Positions 42,681 through 53,554 of a stretch of 64,000 nucleotides of DNA are shown piece after piece. The notes beneath the pieces are model-generated. The model was not told the origin of the DNA. It did not search any database and was given only the letters and a program-made list of their open reading frames with translations. The position numbers and the translations under genes were made by a program. The stretch spans positions 181,509 through 245,508 of the forward strand of contig CAVWTQ010000010.1 in NCBI GenBank assembly GCA_963757985.1, in the 5' to 3' direction. Origin of the DNA: an uncultured Alphaproteobacteria bacterium (lineage in GTDB: Bacteria > Pseudomonadota > Alphaproteobacteria > Rhizobiales > Beijerinckiaceae). The first letter of the stretch is position 1, and every line of letters starts with the position of its first letter.

Positions 42681-42771
42681 CGGAAACTCGGTATAATCTA
42701 GCCGCTGCTCTAGCAAGTCGGCGGGGCGATTGGCTAGCAGAACCGTGATTGGTCCCCTACGAGGAAAACTG

Positions 42772-43443
42772 GATGAAGCCGCGGCGTCCTATGGCTCGCC
42801 CCAATGTTTGCGCTCATGCTGGGGCCGGCGGATTGCCGCGCGCAGACGACCGGCGTCGAGCAGCTGCAAAAATTCATCGCGCTCCGATTTTCACAAGGAG
42901 CTGATCGGCAAAGCTCTGTCCGCGCATCCCGCCGGCTGTGTTCCAGCGCTGTCCGGCGCTGGAGTCGAATGGCTCGCAGGTGACGATCCTCAAGCCCGTC
43001 TCCTTCGGCAAAGGCGGGCGCCCGACAGCCGGCGCCTGGAGGGAGGCGTTCCCCGTCGCGGGATGCGGAAACGACACCGTGCTCAACTTATATTTTCGAG
43101 GCGGGCAAAGATGAAAAAATCAATACGATCGTCGGCGCGCCGGGCACGACTCACGCCGACCTCGTTTTACAGAGGGACGCGCAGCGCTACGCCTTCGTCG
43201 GCGCCGGCCGCGTTAGCCAAGGAACTGCGAGAAATTCGACGTCAAGGACACGCGGTTCGAGGCGTTCGGCCTGACGGATCCGCCGAACCGCCGATCCTGG
43301 CGCGGGACGATCCTTTGCGCCCGTGGTGGGAAACCTGGACGGTGGCCGGTTGCGGCCGCACATTTGACGTGCAGCTCGATTTCGCGCCCGACCAGACAGG
43401 CACGCAGATCACGCAACCCGCCGATGGTCGCAAAGAGCGCTAG
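42772..43443 (+). CDS. Hypothetical exported protein (frameshifted)
   Basis: Two related segments in different frames: [11 protein letters not shown] and [11 protein letters not shown]...F.PD.TGT. Confidence 0.45.
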   Translation, partial: DEAAASYGSPQCLRSCWGRRIAARRRPASSSCKNSSRSDFHKELIGKALSAHPAGCVPALSGAGVEWLAGDDPQARLLRQRRAPDSRRLEGGVPRRGMRKRHRAQLIFSRRAKMKKSIRSSARRARLTPTSFYRGTRSATPSSAPAALAKELREIRRQGHAVRGVRPDGSAEPPILARDDPLRPWWETWTVAGCGRTFDVQLDFAPDQTGTQITQPADGRKER

Positions 43444-43473
43444 GGAGCGGTGTTCGTCGCCGGGGCGCCCTGA

Positions 43474-43917
43474 CTATTTAAACCCGATCACGACGCCGTC
43501 GGCGCCGAGCGCGAGTTGCAGCCCCTCGCGCTGCGTCTTGAGGCGCATGGTGACGCCCTTGTTGTTGCTGAGCCACAGGGTTCCGCCGCTCTGGTCGCCG
43601 ATCGCCCAGCCGGCGCGGACCTGCGCATAGACGCCGGCGAAGTCCGCCCGATTGGTGAGGCCGTAGACGGCGCCCGAAGCGGTCAGCCGCGAGGCGCCGA
43701 TGCCGCCGACGCCAAGGCCGCCGACGGTGATCGGGTAGGATTTGCCGGCATATTTCAGCACGCCGCCGCCGATAGCGCCCGATCCGATGAACGCCACCTG
43801 AATCTGCTGGATCGAGACCGTCGCGGACGGCGCCCCCAGCGGCTTCTCCTGCGCGAGGGCAGGCGACGCAAGAAGGATGCAGGCGGCGAGGCCGGCACGG
43901 GCTGATTTCAGGGTCAT
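43474..43917 (-). CDS. Exported Gly-rich beta-strand protein (DUF1134/EipA-like), copy 1
   Basis: Signal peptide; VAFIGSG..G.G.L, GGLGVGGIG, L.NNKGV.M.L, GLQL.LGADGV. Confidence 0.75.
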   Translation of the reverse strand: MTLKSARAGLAACILLASPALAQEKPLGAPSATVSIQQIQVAFIGSGAIGGGVLKYAGKSYPITVGGLGVGGIGASRLTASGAVYGLTNRADFAGVYAQVRAGWAIGDQSGGTLWLSNNKGVTMRLKTQREGLQLALGADGVVIGFK

Positions 43918-44005
43918 GAGGGGTACTCGCGGGAAGGGCTGGGTGGGCGTGATTCGCGTTGAAGCTTAGTTCGCGGCCCAGCGGCTGTCCATTGGACCAG
44001 GCGGA

Positions 44006-44675
44006 TCAATCGCCCGGGAAATCGACCACTTCATTGTTGAGGGGAAGCTCGTCCTTGTGTGGGCCGGCGAACCAGCCGGCGTCGATCGCGGCCGCCGCGC
44101 CCTTCGTGAAGAAGGCGTCGTTCGGCTCAACCCTGCCCGCGCCGCTGAACGCCGTGAACTCATAAGGAAGCCCGCTCGAGGCCAGCGGCGAGGGACCGTC
44201 CATGACGTGAAAATGCAGATGCGGCGCATCGCTGTTGCCGGAGCTGCCGAGACGGGCGATCACGTCGCCGCTCTTGACATGATCACCGGGATGAACGGCG
44301 ACCGAGCCGGTCAGGAGATGCGCGTAGAGGGCGAAATTGCCGCCGCCGAGATCGAGCACGATATGATTGCCGGCAGCGGTGTCGACGGTGACGGCGCGCG
44401 CGACGCCTGGCGTCGCTTCCGGCGCGCCGTCCGACGTCTCGACGACGGTTGCGTCGGCGACGGCGTAAACCGGAACGCCGAACGAGGGGTAGCTCGCCAC
44501 GTCGGCGAGGGCGCCGACGAACGGGCGATCCGCCTTGTCGAGCTGCATGAAGTCGATGGCGAAGCGCTCGGCGATCAACGCCTTGCCGTTGAAAGCCATG
44601 ACGCCGCCGCGATGGGAGGTAAGCTGATCGCAGCAGCCATTGAACGCCACCAGCGCGGCCCCTTCAGCGGCGGCG
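44006..44675 (-). pseudogene. M23 family peptidase, C-terminal fragment; 5' end replaced by the duplication
   Basis: NGCC....HR, ERFAID, GN.IVLDLG...ALYAHL, GSSGNSDAPHLHFHVMD. Confidence 0.75.
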
Positions 44676-44761
44676 CGATTCGCACCCGACCAGACAGGCA
44701 CGCATATTATCGCCACGGCGAGGTCGCAAAGCGCGCTAGGAAGCGGGGATCGTCGCGGGGC

Positions 44762-45200
44762 TTATTTAAATCCGATCACGACGCCGCGGCGCCAAGGGCG
44801 AGTTGCAGCCCCTCGCGCTGCGTCTTGAGGCGCAGGTGAGCCCTTGTTGTTGCTGAGCCACAGGGTTCCGCCGCTCTGGTCGCCGATCGCCCAGCCGGCG
44901 CGGACCTGCGCATAGACGCCGGCGAAGTCCGCCCGATTGGTGAGGCCGTAGACGGCGCCCGAAGCGGTCAGCCGCGAGGCGCCGATGCCGCCGACGCCAA
45001 GGCCGCCGACGGTGATCGGGTAGGATTTGCCGGCATATTTCAGCATGCCGCTGCCGATAGCGCCCGAGCCGATGAAGGCGACCTGAATTGCTGGATCGTC
45101 ACCGTCGCGGACGGCGCCCCAGCGGCTTCTCCTGCGCGAGGGCAGGCGACGCAAGAAGGATGCAGGCGGCGAGGCCGGCACGGGCTGATTTCAGGGTCAT
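44762..45200 (-). pseudogene. Copy 2 of the DUF1134-like gene (frameshifted)
   Basis: Same sequence as 43474-43917 with several indels. Confidence 0.7.
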
Positions 45201-45342
45201 GAGGGGTACTCGCGGAAAGGCGCTGACGGGCGCCCAAGGATCAAGGGCGCCGCCGATGGCGTGATTCGCGCGGAAGACTAGATCAGCGCTGGCGGCCTGT
45301 CCATCGGACGAAAGCTCGAGCGGGGCGCGCCGCGGCGGCGAT

Positions 45343-46266
45343 TCAACGCAGCAGCGATTTCACCTTGCGCACGCCGTCGAGAACGGCGGGGGGCAGGAAA
45401 TATTTGACCGCGTTCGCCAATTTTTCACGCGCCGCCAAATCGGCGGTCTTGGGAAACTGCGTCGTAAGAAAGCCCGACCCGTCGCCGTCGGGACGCCCGT
45501 TGCTGTAGAAATAGGCGGCGGCCGACCGGCGCGGGCGACCATTTGGTTCGGAAATCGGCTTTGGGTGGCCGTGCAGGCTTTTCGCCGAGTGATAGTAGAG
45601 AACGGAGCGGCCGAATTCCGGCACCACCTCGGTCACGAATTTATTCTCGTCCATATCCCAAAGCTCGAGCGCGCCGCCATAGGACGAGCGCCAGTTCTTG
45701 TTGAGATAGGTGATGAACACCAGCCGATTGTCGAGCCGCGTCACCGAGTGCTGATTGAAATCGACATGCATGGCGAATTTGCCGCCGGTCGGAATGTCGT
45801 GCAGGCCGGCGGCGGAAAGTCCGGGATCGGCGATCAGCCCCTCTATGCCGGTCACGCGCTCCAGAAAATCGACGAAGCGGCCGGAATGGATCGTGCTGAA
45901 ATAGAGGTGGCTCGCCTGCCCCAGCCATGTTTTTGGCGCGGATCCGCGTTTTAATTCTTTCGCATTGTCGTAGCGGCGCCAGTCGCTCCAGTTGAGCCGA
46001 TCGAAATCGGCGTAGACGAGTTCGAGAAGGGCCGGCGCGAACAGGCCGTCGATGACGACATGGGGAACCGGCTTGGCGTTGATGAACGTCTGGCGCAGAG
46101 CCTCGACGCGGGCCGGCGCGAAAAATTCGGCGTTGACGATCTCATCGAGACCAAACGACACGCCATCGATGGCGACGTGATTGCGGGCGAGCTCATCCGC
46201 GCCGGCGCGGGGCGTGGCCGGGCGGGGGTTGGCGAGCGGCGCTTCTGAGATCGGAGCTTCGGACAT
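45343..46266 (-). CDS. 2OG-Fe(II) oxygenase
   Basis: DP.L..AGLH, H.DFN, YLN..W...YGG.LELW, SLHGHP, R.S.A.YFY. Confidence 0.88.
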   Translation of the reverse strand: MSEAPISEAPLANPRPATPRAGADELARNHVAIDGVSFGLDEIVNAEFFAPARVEALRQTFINAKPVPHVVIDGLFAPALLELVYADFDRLNWSDWRRYDNAKELKRGSAPKTWLGQASHLYFSTIHSGRFVDFLERVTGIEGLIADPGLSAAGLHDIPTGGKFAMHVDFNQHSVTRLDNRLVFITYLNKNWRSSYGGALELWDMDENKFVTEVVPEFGRSVLYYHSAKSLHGHPKPISEPNGRPRRSAAAYFYSNGRPDGDGSGFLTTQFPKTADLAAREKLANAVKYFLPPAVLDGVRKVKSLLR

Positions 46267-46632
46267 GGACGAACGATCCTTCAGGTCAGGGTCGGCGACG
46301 GCGTTTTGAAACCGCAAATCCAGAACATCCGGCGCGCGCCGCTTCGAACAGCCGGCGGCGCCCTCGCGGATTCGGCAAATTTGCGATTTCCATCAATGAG
46401 AATAAGCTTCACCAAAGCGTATAATCCGCCCGTGGCGGCGTCAAGTATTCGTGGCCGGTTACTATGGTGCGGCAAAAAGGCTTGAAATTGAGTCTGTGCT
46501 AACTTAGACCAAATCAAAAATATTCATCGCGTTTGACGCAGATCAATGCCTTTTCAGTTTGACGTTGCCTGACGTCCGGCGCGTCTGCATTCAAAGTCTC
46601 GCCGGTTGGTTCGGCCGTGACCGCCGCGCGCT

Positions 46633-46661
46633 CTTGCATCGGCTCGGGCGAACCCATAGAT
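46633..46661 (+). promoter_or_regulatory. Possible RpoH-type promoter of hslVU
   Basis: CTTG-N17-CCATAG resembles alphaproteobacterial heat-shock promoters; hslVU is normally RpoH-controlled. Confidence 0.3.
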
Positions 46662-46739
46662 GGATGAACGTCGAGCGCCCCGCCGGACCTTGAAATCGGG
46701 CGCCCATTCGCAGCAAGCCTCGATTCACCGAAAGCCTCT

Positions 46740-47306
46740 ATGAACAATCCCCCGTCCGGCCCGCAATCATGGCATGCGACGACCATTATTCTGGTCAAGA
46801 AGGACGGCCGCACGGTGATCGCCGGCGACGGCCAGGTCTCGATCGGCCAGACGATCGTCAAGGGCAACGCCAAGAAGGTGCGGAGACTCGCCAAAGGAGA
46901 GGTCATCGGCGGCTTCGCGGGAGCCACCGCCGACGCCTTCACGCTGTTCGAGCGGCTGGAGGCGAAGCTGGAGCAATACCCCGGCCAGCTTCTGCGCGCC
47001 TGCGTCGAACTTGCGAAGGACTGGCGCACCGACCGCTATCTGCGCCGCCTCGAGGCGATGATGCTCGTCGCCGACAGGCAGGTCGCGCTGGTCCTCACCG
47101 GCACGGGCGACGTGCTGGAGCCGGAGGCGACGGAGCGCGGCTCGGTGATGGGCATCGGTTCGGGCGGCAATTATGCGCTGGCCGCCGCCCGCGCTCTGCT
47201 GCCGACCGATCTCGACGCCGAGGCCATCGCGCGCCGCTCGCTCGAGATCGCCTCGGAGATTTGCGTCTACACCAACCGCAACGTCGTGCTGGAAAGCATC
47301 CCTTGA
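46740..47306 (+). CDS. hslV: ATP-dependent protease subunit HslV
   Basis: [43 protein letters not shown]. Confidence 0.97.
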   Translation: MNNPPSGPQSWHATTIILVKKDGRTVIAGDGQVSIGQTIVKGNAKKVRRLAKGEVIGGFAGATADAFTLFERLEAKLEQYPGQLLRACVELAKDWRTDRYLRRLEAMMLVADRQVALVLTGTGDVLEPEATERGSVMGIGSGGNYALAAARALLPTDLDAEAIARRSLEIASEICVYTNRNVVLESIP

Positions 47307-48387
47307 AGATCTCCGAGCAGAGCCTCGACCTCGCCGTCGCCCAGGGAATTCTTTCGGTCGAGCAGGCGGCGCGCCTGCGCGCGCTCGAAGCCGCCGATTC
47401 CGGCCCTCTCAACGAGGACCGGCAGGACGATGAGAAACTGCGCTTCATCGGCGGCTTCGGCGATATTTTCGTCACCCTCGGCATCGCTCTACTGTTGGGA
47501 TCGAGCGCCTATTTCGCCCAGACGAATTTGGGTACGGGGTGGATGTGGGCCGTCACGGCGGGCCTTTCATGGCTCCTCGCCGAGTTCTTCACGCGCAGGC
47601 GCCGCATGGCGCTGCCGAGCATCGCGCTTCTTTTATCTTTCGTCGGCTCGGCTTTCGGAGCTTTCGATTTCGTCTTCGCCATGGCGCTGCCCGAGGGGCG
47701 CCCGGTATGGCGGGAGGGCCTCGGCTTCCTTCCGGATACGACAGGGTTGGCGGTCGGATTGAGCGCCCTCGTCGCGACGGGATTGGCCGCGCTTCATTAT
47801 TGGCGCTTCAGGGTTCCGATCACCGTCGCCGCCGGCGGCCGCAACGGTCTCGACCGCCATTATCGCCTTCGTGCTGGCGCTTGCGCCCGATCTCGACGTC
47901 CGCCTTCGCAGCGCGCTCGTCATCGCCTGCGGCGTCGTTGTCTTCCTCGAGGCGATGCGCTTCGACATGGCGGACCCCGCCCGCGTCACGCGCAAAGACC
48001 GATATCGCGTTCTGGCTGCATCTTCTGGCCGCGCCGCTTATCGTGCAGCCGCTCATCTTCGGGTTTTTGGGCGGCGTCGCAAATCTCGATACGCCGCGCG
48101 CCGTCGGCATCATCACAATCTTCCTCGGCCTTGGGCTTGTCGCCGTCGTCATCGACCGGCGGGCGTTTCTGGTGTCGGCTCTGGCCTATGCCGGCTTCGC
48201 CTTCGGCGCGCTGATCCATCGCTCCGGCATCCAGCATGAAACGACGCCTGCGACGCTTCTGGCGCTCGGCGTTTTCGTGCTGGCGATCAGCGCCGGGTGG
48301 CGGCCTTTGCGCCATGCGGCGCTGCGTCTGCTGCCTGAAACTTTGACCCGGCGCCTTCCCCATCCTCTCACCTCGAAAACCACATGA
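47303..48387 (+). CDS. Conserved multi-TM membrane protein (frameshifts)
   Basis: [56 protein letters not shown]. Confidence 0.75.
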
Positions 48388-48400
48388 CCGATTTTTCCAA

Positions 48401-49711
48401 ATGACCGATTTTTCTCCGCGCGAGATCGTCTCCGAACTCGATCGCTTCATCGTCGGCCAGCACAACGCCAAGCGCGCCGTCGCCATCGCCCTGCGCAACC
48501 GCTGGCGGCGGCTTCGCCTCGAGGGCTCCATGCGCGATGAGGTCTTGCCGAAAAACATCCTGATGATCGGCCCGACCGGCTGCGGCAAGACCGAGATTTC
48601 GCGCCGCCTCGCCAAGCTCGCGGGCGCGCCTTTTCTGAAAGTGGAGGCGACGAAATTCACCGAAGTCGGTTATGTCGGCCGCGATGTCGAGCAGATCATC
48701 CGCGATCTCGTCGAGACGGCGATTTCCATGATCCGCGACGACAAACGCAAGCTCGTGCGGGCGAAGGCCGAGCTCGCCGCCGAGGAGCGGCTGCTCGACG
48801 CCCTCGTCGGCGCCGGCGCCTCGCCGCAAACCCGCGACAGCTTTCGTAAAAAGCTCCGCGCGGGCGAACTCGACGACAAGGACATCGAGATCGATATCGC
48901 TCAGGGCGGCGGCGGCGCGATGCCGATGTTCGAACTGCCCAACATGCCGGGCTCGCAGATCGGCGCCATCTCGCTCGGCGATATTTTCGGCAAGGCGATG
49001 GGCAAGGGCGCAAAGCCGCGCCGCACCACGGTGAAGGACGCCACGGCGCCGCTGATCACCGAGGAGAGCGACAAGCTCGTCGATCAGGACCAGGTCGTGC
49101 GCGAGGCGATTCACGAGGTCGAGAACAACGGCATCGTGTTCCTCGACGAGATCGACAAGATCTGCGTGCGCGAGGGGCGCGGCGGCGCCGATGTCTCGCG
49201 CGAGGGCGTGCAGCGCGACCTCCTGCCGCTGATCGAAGGCACCAATGTGCCGACCAAACATGGCGTGGTGAAAACCGACCACATATTGTTCATCGCGTCG
49301 GGCGCGTTCCATGTCTCGAAGCCCTCGGATCTGCTGCCGGAATTGCAGGGCCGCCTGCCGATCCGGGTCGAACTCGCGCCGCTGACCGAGGATGATTTCC
49401 GCCGCATCCTGACCGAGACGGAGGTGAGCCTCATCAAGCAATATGAGGCGCTGCTGCGCACCGAGGGCGTCGAGCTTTCGTTTACGCCGGACGCCGTCAA
49501 CGCGCTGGCGAAGATCGCGGCGGAGGTCAATTCGGCGGTCGAGAATATCGGCGCGCGGCGGCTGCAGACGGTGATGGAGCGCGTGCTCGATGAAGTGAGC
49601 TTCACGGCGACCGATCGCTTCGGCGAGACCATCGTGATCGACGCGGCTTTTGTCGAAAAGAATATCGGCGATCTGGCGCGAAACGCCGATTTGAGCCGGT
49701 TTATTCTTTAG
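48401..49711 (+). CDS. hslU: ATP-dependent protease ATPase subunit HslU
   Basis: [48 protein letters not shown]. Confidence 0.98.
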   Translation: MTDFSPREIVSELDRFIVGQHNAKRAVAIALRNRWRRLRLEGSMRDEVLPKNILMIGPTGCGKTEISRRLAKLAGAPFLKVEATKFTEVGYVGRDVEQIIRDLVETAISMIRDDKRKLVRAKAELAAEERLLDALVGAGASPQTRDSFRKKLRAGELDDKDIEIDIAQGGGGAMPMFELPNMPGSQIGAISLGDIFGKAMGKGAKPRRTTVKDATAPLITEESDKLVDQDQVVREAIHEVENNGIVFLDEIDKICVREGRGGADVSREGVQRDLLPLIEGTNVPTKHGVVKTDHILFIASGAFHVSKPSDLLPELQGRLPIRVELAPLTEDDFRRILTETEVSLIKQYEALLRTEGVELSFTPDAVNALAKIAAEVNSAVENIGARRLQTVMERVLDEVSFTATDRFGETIVIDAAFVEKNIGDLARNADLSRFIL

Positions 49712-50354
49712 GCGTCATCGCTCGCCTTCCCGCGGGCTTGCGCGTTCTCGCGCGGTGCGCGGCGGCCTTGGCGCGGTTGCCGCAGGCCGCCATGCTGCAC
49801 CAGCGCCGCGCATGCGACTTGGTGCGGTCCAAAAACATCAGCGTGCAATTTGGCCCCTCGCAGCTCCGGATGAGCTGAAGATCCTCGTTACAGATGAGGT
49901 CCGCGATGGCCGCGGCGATCGGTTGCAGCAGTTGATCGGGGCCGGTCCAGCGCGAGATGCGCGCGATGTCTGGATGCCCATGGCCGTCATCTACGCGCGC
50001 AAGAATCTTCGCATAGCTGTCGTCTTCGGCCAGCAGTTCGTTGAGCGGCGCCAAATCCGCGAGAAATTTGGAACCCGCTCGCCCGCTCGCCTGTTTGCGC
50101 AAAAAGCCGCGCAGCCAGTCGCGCAGCGCCCGGGCGCGCGTCGCCGCCGCGTCGAGCCGCTTGCGATCGCCGTCGGCGCGGAACCTCGACGCCGCCGCGC
50201 GATCGATTGCTCCGGCCCGCTCCAGCCAGTCGACGAGATCGGCGCCGTTGGTCAGCCATTCGGTTCCGCCATCCGCGAAGGTGTTTAAAAAATCCATCGC
50301 CAGATGATCGCCGATAAAAAAAGGGTCGGGCCGGGTGTTTGGCGGGTTGGTCAT
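49701..50354 (-). CDS. ABATE/CGNR zinc-finger regulator
   Basis: LAMDFLNT, C...[24 protein letters not shown]. Confidence 0.92.
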   Translation of the reverse strand: MTNPPNTRPDPFFIGDHLAMDFLNTFADGGTEWLTNGADLVDWLERAGAIDRAAASRFRADGDRKRLDAAATRARALRDWLRGFLRKQASGRAGSKFLADLAPLNELLAEDDSYAKILARVDDGHGHPDIARISRWTGPDQLLQPIAAAIADLICNEDLQLIRSCEGPNCTLMFLDRTKSHARRWCSMAACGNRAKAAAHRARTRKPAGRRAMTPKE

Positions 50355-50381
50355 GCTCTCGTCCGGTTTCAGGCGCGGGGC

Positions 50382-50455
50382 GTGATAACCGCCAAAAATG
50401 CTATTGACAGGTTATCACTCGCTGGGTAACCTGCAATATATCGAATAAATGGTTA
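50382..50455. promoter_or_regulatory. Two tandem TAACC-N19-GGTTA inverted repeats in the divergent promoter
   Basis: GTGATAACC-N19-GGTTATCAC (50382-50418) and TAACC-N19-GGTTA (50427-50455). Confidence 0.65.
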
Positions 50456-50498
50456 GTTTGCCAGCCCAACGCCTCCCATCGTCAAAAGGATGTACGCC

Positions 50499-51365
50499 AT
50501 GATCCACTACCGCACCGTTGATGTCGACGGCCATCAGCTGTTCTACCGTGAGGCGGGAGATCCCGGCCGCCCGACGCTGTTGCTGCTGCACGGCTTTCCG
50601 ACCTCCTCGCACATGTTCCGCGATCTGATTCCCCTGCTGGCGGATCGCCTCCATATCGTCGCGCCCGATCTGCCGGGCTTCGGCTTCACGACGCCCGGCG
50701 CCGCGTTCAAATACAGCTTCGACAATCTCGCCAAGGTCGTCGAGGGCTTCACCGATGCGATCGGCCTCGCGCGCTACGCCATCTATGTGTTCGACTATGG
50801 CGCGCCGGTCGGCTTCCGTCTCGCGCTGGCGCGGCCTGAGCGAGTGACCGCAATCATCTCGCAGAACGGCAACGCCTATGAGGAAGGGCTGAGCGAGGGC
50901 TGGAATCCGATCCAGCAATATTGGCGCGAGCCGAGCGCCGCGAACCGCGAGGCTCTGCGCGCTTTTCTGACGTTCGAGGCGACGAAGCAACAATATCTCT
51001 ATGGCGTCGCGGACGAGAGCCTCATTGCGCCGGAGTCCTACGCGCTCGACGCCGGCCTGCTGGCGCGGCCGGGCAATGACGAGATCCAGCTCGATCTCTT
51101 CCTTGACTATGCGAGCAACGTCGCGCTCTATCCGAAATTCCAGGCCTATTTTCGTGAGCGTCGCCCGCCGTTTTTGGCGGTCTGGGGCAGGAACGATCCC
51201 TTCTTCCTGCCGGCCGGCGCGGAGGCGTTCCGGCGCGACAATCCGGGCGCCGAAGTGCGCTTCTTCGAGACCGGTCATTTCGCGCTCGAAACTCATGCGC
51301 GTGAGATCGCCGCGGCGATCCGCGCGTTTTTCGAGCGCGTCCTCGCCGAGTCCGCGGCCGCCTGA
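50499..51365 (+). CDS. Alpha/beta fold hydrolase
   Basis: [43 protein letters not shown]. Confidence 0.92.
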   Translation: MIHYRTVDVDGHQLFYREAGDPGRPTLLLLHGFPTSSHMFRDLIPLLADRLHIVAPDLPGFGFTTPGAAFKYSFDNLAKVVEGFTDAIGLARYAIYVFDYGAPVGFRLALARPERVTAIISQNGNAYEEGLSEGWNPIQQYWREPSAANREALRAFLTFEATKQQYLYGVADESLIAPESYALDAGLLARPGNDEIQLDLFLDYASNVALYPKFQAYFRERRPPFLAVWGRNDPFFLPAGAEAFRRDNPGAEVRFFETGHFALETHAREIAAAIRAFFERVLAESAAA

Positions 51366-51487
51366 TCAGCGCGCGGTTTTCGGCTGACGCGCGGGGCGCC
51401 GGAAAAGGCCCGCTTGCCTTGCGCCCAAATCCTTGCGATAGCCGTTCGCCGCCGGCAACGTCTATCGTCAGGAGCCTCGTTTCAAAA

Positions 51488-52523
51488 ATGGCGCAATTCG
51501 TTGAGCGGGTTTTCTCCGGCGTGCAGCCGACAGGAAACCTACATCTTGGCAACTATCTCGGCGCGATCGTCAAATTCGTCGAGCTGCAGCGCACGCACGA
51601 TTGCATCTATTGCGTCGTCGACCTGCATGCGATCACCGTGCCGCAGAATCCGCCCGAACTGAAGGCGAGCATCCGCGAGGTGACGGCGGCTTTCATCGCG
51701 TCGGGCGTCGATCCGAAGCAGCACATCATCTTCAACCAGAGCCAGGTCGCCGAACACGCCGAACTCGCCTGGGTGTTCAATTGCGTCGCCCGCATGGGCT
51801 GGCTGAACCGCATGACGCAGTTCAAGGAGAAGGCCGGCAAGGATCGCGAGAACGCCTCGGTCGGACTCTATGCCTATCCGTGCCTGATGGCGGCCGATAT
51901 CCTGCTCTATCGCGCGACGCATGTGCCGGTCGGCGAGGACCAGAAGCAGCACCTCGAACTCGCGCGCGACATCGCGCAGAAGTTCAATCTGGACTTCGCC
52001 GAATCGATCGCGGCGCAGGGGTATGGCGACGCGTTTTTCCCGCTGCCGGAGCCGCTGATTCAGGGGCCCGCGACGCGCGTCGATGAGTTTGCGCGATGGC
52101 GCGAAGAAAATGTCGAAATCGGATCCGTCCGATTATTCGCGCATCAATCTCTCGGACGACGCCGATACGATCGCGCAGAAGGTGCGCAAGGCGAAGACCG
52201 ACCCCGAGCCGTTGCCTTCGGAGGTGGAGGGTCTTGCGAAAAGGCCGGAGGCGGAGAATCTCGTCGGCATTTATGCGGCGTTGAACGGCGAGTCGCGGGC
52301 GGAGGTTTTGCAGACGTTCGGCGGCGGCAATTTCTCGGCCTTCAAGGCGGCGCTGGTCGATCTCGCGGTGGCCAAGATCGGGCCGATCGGCGCGGAGATG
52401 ACGCGGCTGAAGAACGACGTCGCCTATATCGACGGCGTGCTCGCCGACGGGACCTTGCGCGCGAAGGCGATCGCGCGCGAGAACATGGCGGCGGTGAAGG
52501 ATATTCTGGGTTTCGTGCGGTAA
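51488..52523 (+). CDS. trpS: Tryptophanyl-tRNA synthetase (frameshift ~52082)
   Basis: [45 protein letters not shown]. Confidence 0.97.
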
Positions 52524-52558
52524 TCTGCGCGCCGTCTGTGGCCAGACAAAAACCCGAG

Positions 52559-52695
52559 CCCTCATGGTGAGGAGCGCCCGAAAGGCGCGTCTCGAACCAC
52601 AAGGGCGCCTGTTCCGTCACGCTTGCAACTGAGCCTCGGGCTTACTTCCGCTCGTCCTTCGAGACGCAGGCTTCGCCTGCTCCTCAGGATGAGGG
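52559..52695. repeat. REP-like inverted doublet, family A
   Basis: CCCTCATGGTGAGGAG...CGTCTCGAACCAC (52559-52605) and inverted copy 52651-52695 after the trpS stop. Confidence 0.92.
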
Positions 52696-52717
52696 TGGTG
52701 GTGGGCGCGACGGTCGG

Positions 52718-52892
52718 CGCATCGCGCATAAAGATACATTCAGCGCATGGCGGCAGGAAAGCGCATCCCGATTTTGAACTCAAGGATCGCAGACCGCCAG
52801 CGGCGGCGGCCCTTTGGGCCGTCCTTGACTTCAAAATCGGGATGCGCTCGGGTCGGCCGTGCGATGAATGGATAGGCGTGGCCGATGTGGCC
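52718..52892. repeat. ~175-bp structured repeat, family B, copy 2 (inverted relative to copy 1)
   Basis: AGCGCATCCCGATTTTGAACTCAAGGA...TCCTTGACTTCAAAATCGGGATGCGCT. Confidence 0.85.
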
Positions 52893-52916
52893 CGCTAACT
52901 TCCGCCGCGCCGCGCC

Positions 52917-53249
52917 TCAGCCCTTCCGGCAATAGAGTTCGTAGAGCGTCCCCAGCACGGCGACGACTTTGGGATCCGCGATGGCGTAATAGATGCGCTT
53001 CCCCTCGCGGCGCGTCGTCACCAGCCCCTCCGTCCGCAGCACGCCCAATTGCTGCGAGAGCGTCGGCTGGCGGATATCGAGCAGCGCCTCCAGTTCGCCG
53101 ACAGATTTCTCGCCCGCGCTCATTTGACACAGCAGCAGAAGGCGGTGCTCGTTGGCGAGAACGCGCAGCAAAGTCGTCGCCGTAGCCGCGGCGGCGCGCA
53201 TGTCGGCGATGTCGAAGGATGGCGTCATCGCATCGATGGTTTTCATCAT
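52917..53249 (-). CDS. ArsR/SmtB regulator, BigR/SqrR type
   Basis: LAN..RLLLLC, SVGELE, QPTLSQQL..LR, Y.LYC; two Cys characteristic of BigR. Confidence 0.88.
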   Translation of the reverse strand: MMKTIDAMTPSFDIADMRAAAATATTLLRVLANEHRLLLLCQMSAGEKSVGELEALLDIRQPTLSQQLGVLRTEGLVTTRREGKRIYYAIADPKVVAVLGTLYELYCRKG

Positions 53250-53256
53250 TATGCGA

Positions 53257-53271
53257 CAATATATTATATTG
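53257..53271. promoter_or_regulatory. AT-rich palindrome, probable ArsR operator
   Basis: CAATATA-T-TATATTG between the divergent genes. Confidence 0.55.
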
Positions 53272-53338
53272 ATTCATATTATGTCTAGTCGTATGACACC
53301 GGCGATGGCGCATTCGCCATTAAAGGGGAGGGTTCGCC

Positions 53339-53533
53339 ATGGAAGCCAATGTCGGAACAATCGATCGGGCCGCGCGCATCGTGATTGGCCTCGCGCTGAT
53401 CGCGGGCGCCTTGAGCGGAATGATCGGCGCGTGGGGGTGGATCGGCGTCGTTCCCCTGGCGACCGGCGTATTTCGTTTCTGCCCCGCCTATCGCCTCATC
53501 GGCCTCAACACCTGTTCCGCGCCGCGCCGTTAA
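53339..53533 (+). CDS. DUF2892 (YgaP-like) small membrane protein
   Basis: NVG.IDR..RI..G, PL.TG....CPAY..IG..TC. Confidence 0.88.
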   Translation: MEANVGTIDRAARIVIGLALIAGALSGMIGAWGWIGVVPLATGVFRFCPAYRLIGLNTCSAPRR

Positions 53534-53554
53534 ATCTTCAGGAGCATTGCGATC

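Larger units (their letters stand above)
43381..45308. repeat. ~0.6-kb direct duplication (43381-44000 and 44679-45308)
   Basis: Near-identical gene body with more diverged flanks, including the 3' end of the 42772-43443 gene and the upstream region. Confidence 0.88.

Noticed and set aside
11914-52695. Family A repeats as CRISPR repeats or simple terminators
   Set aside because: Dispersed inverted doublets rather than direct arrays; no consistent U-tract, and two lie inside operons
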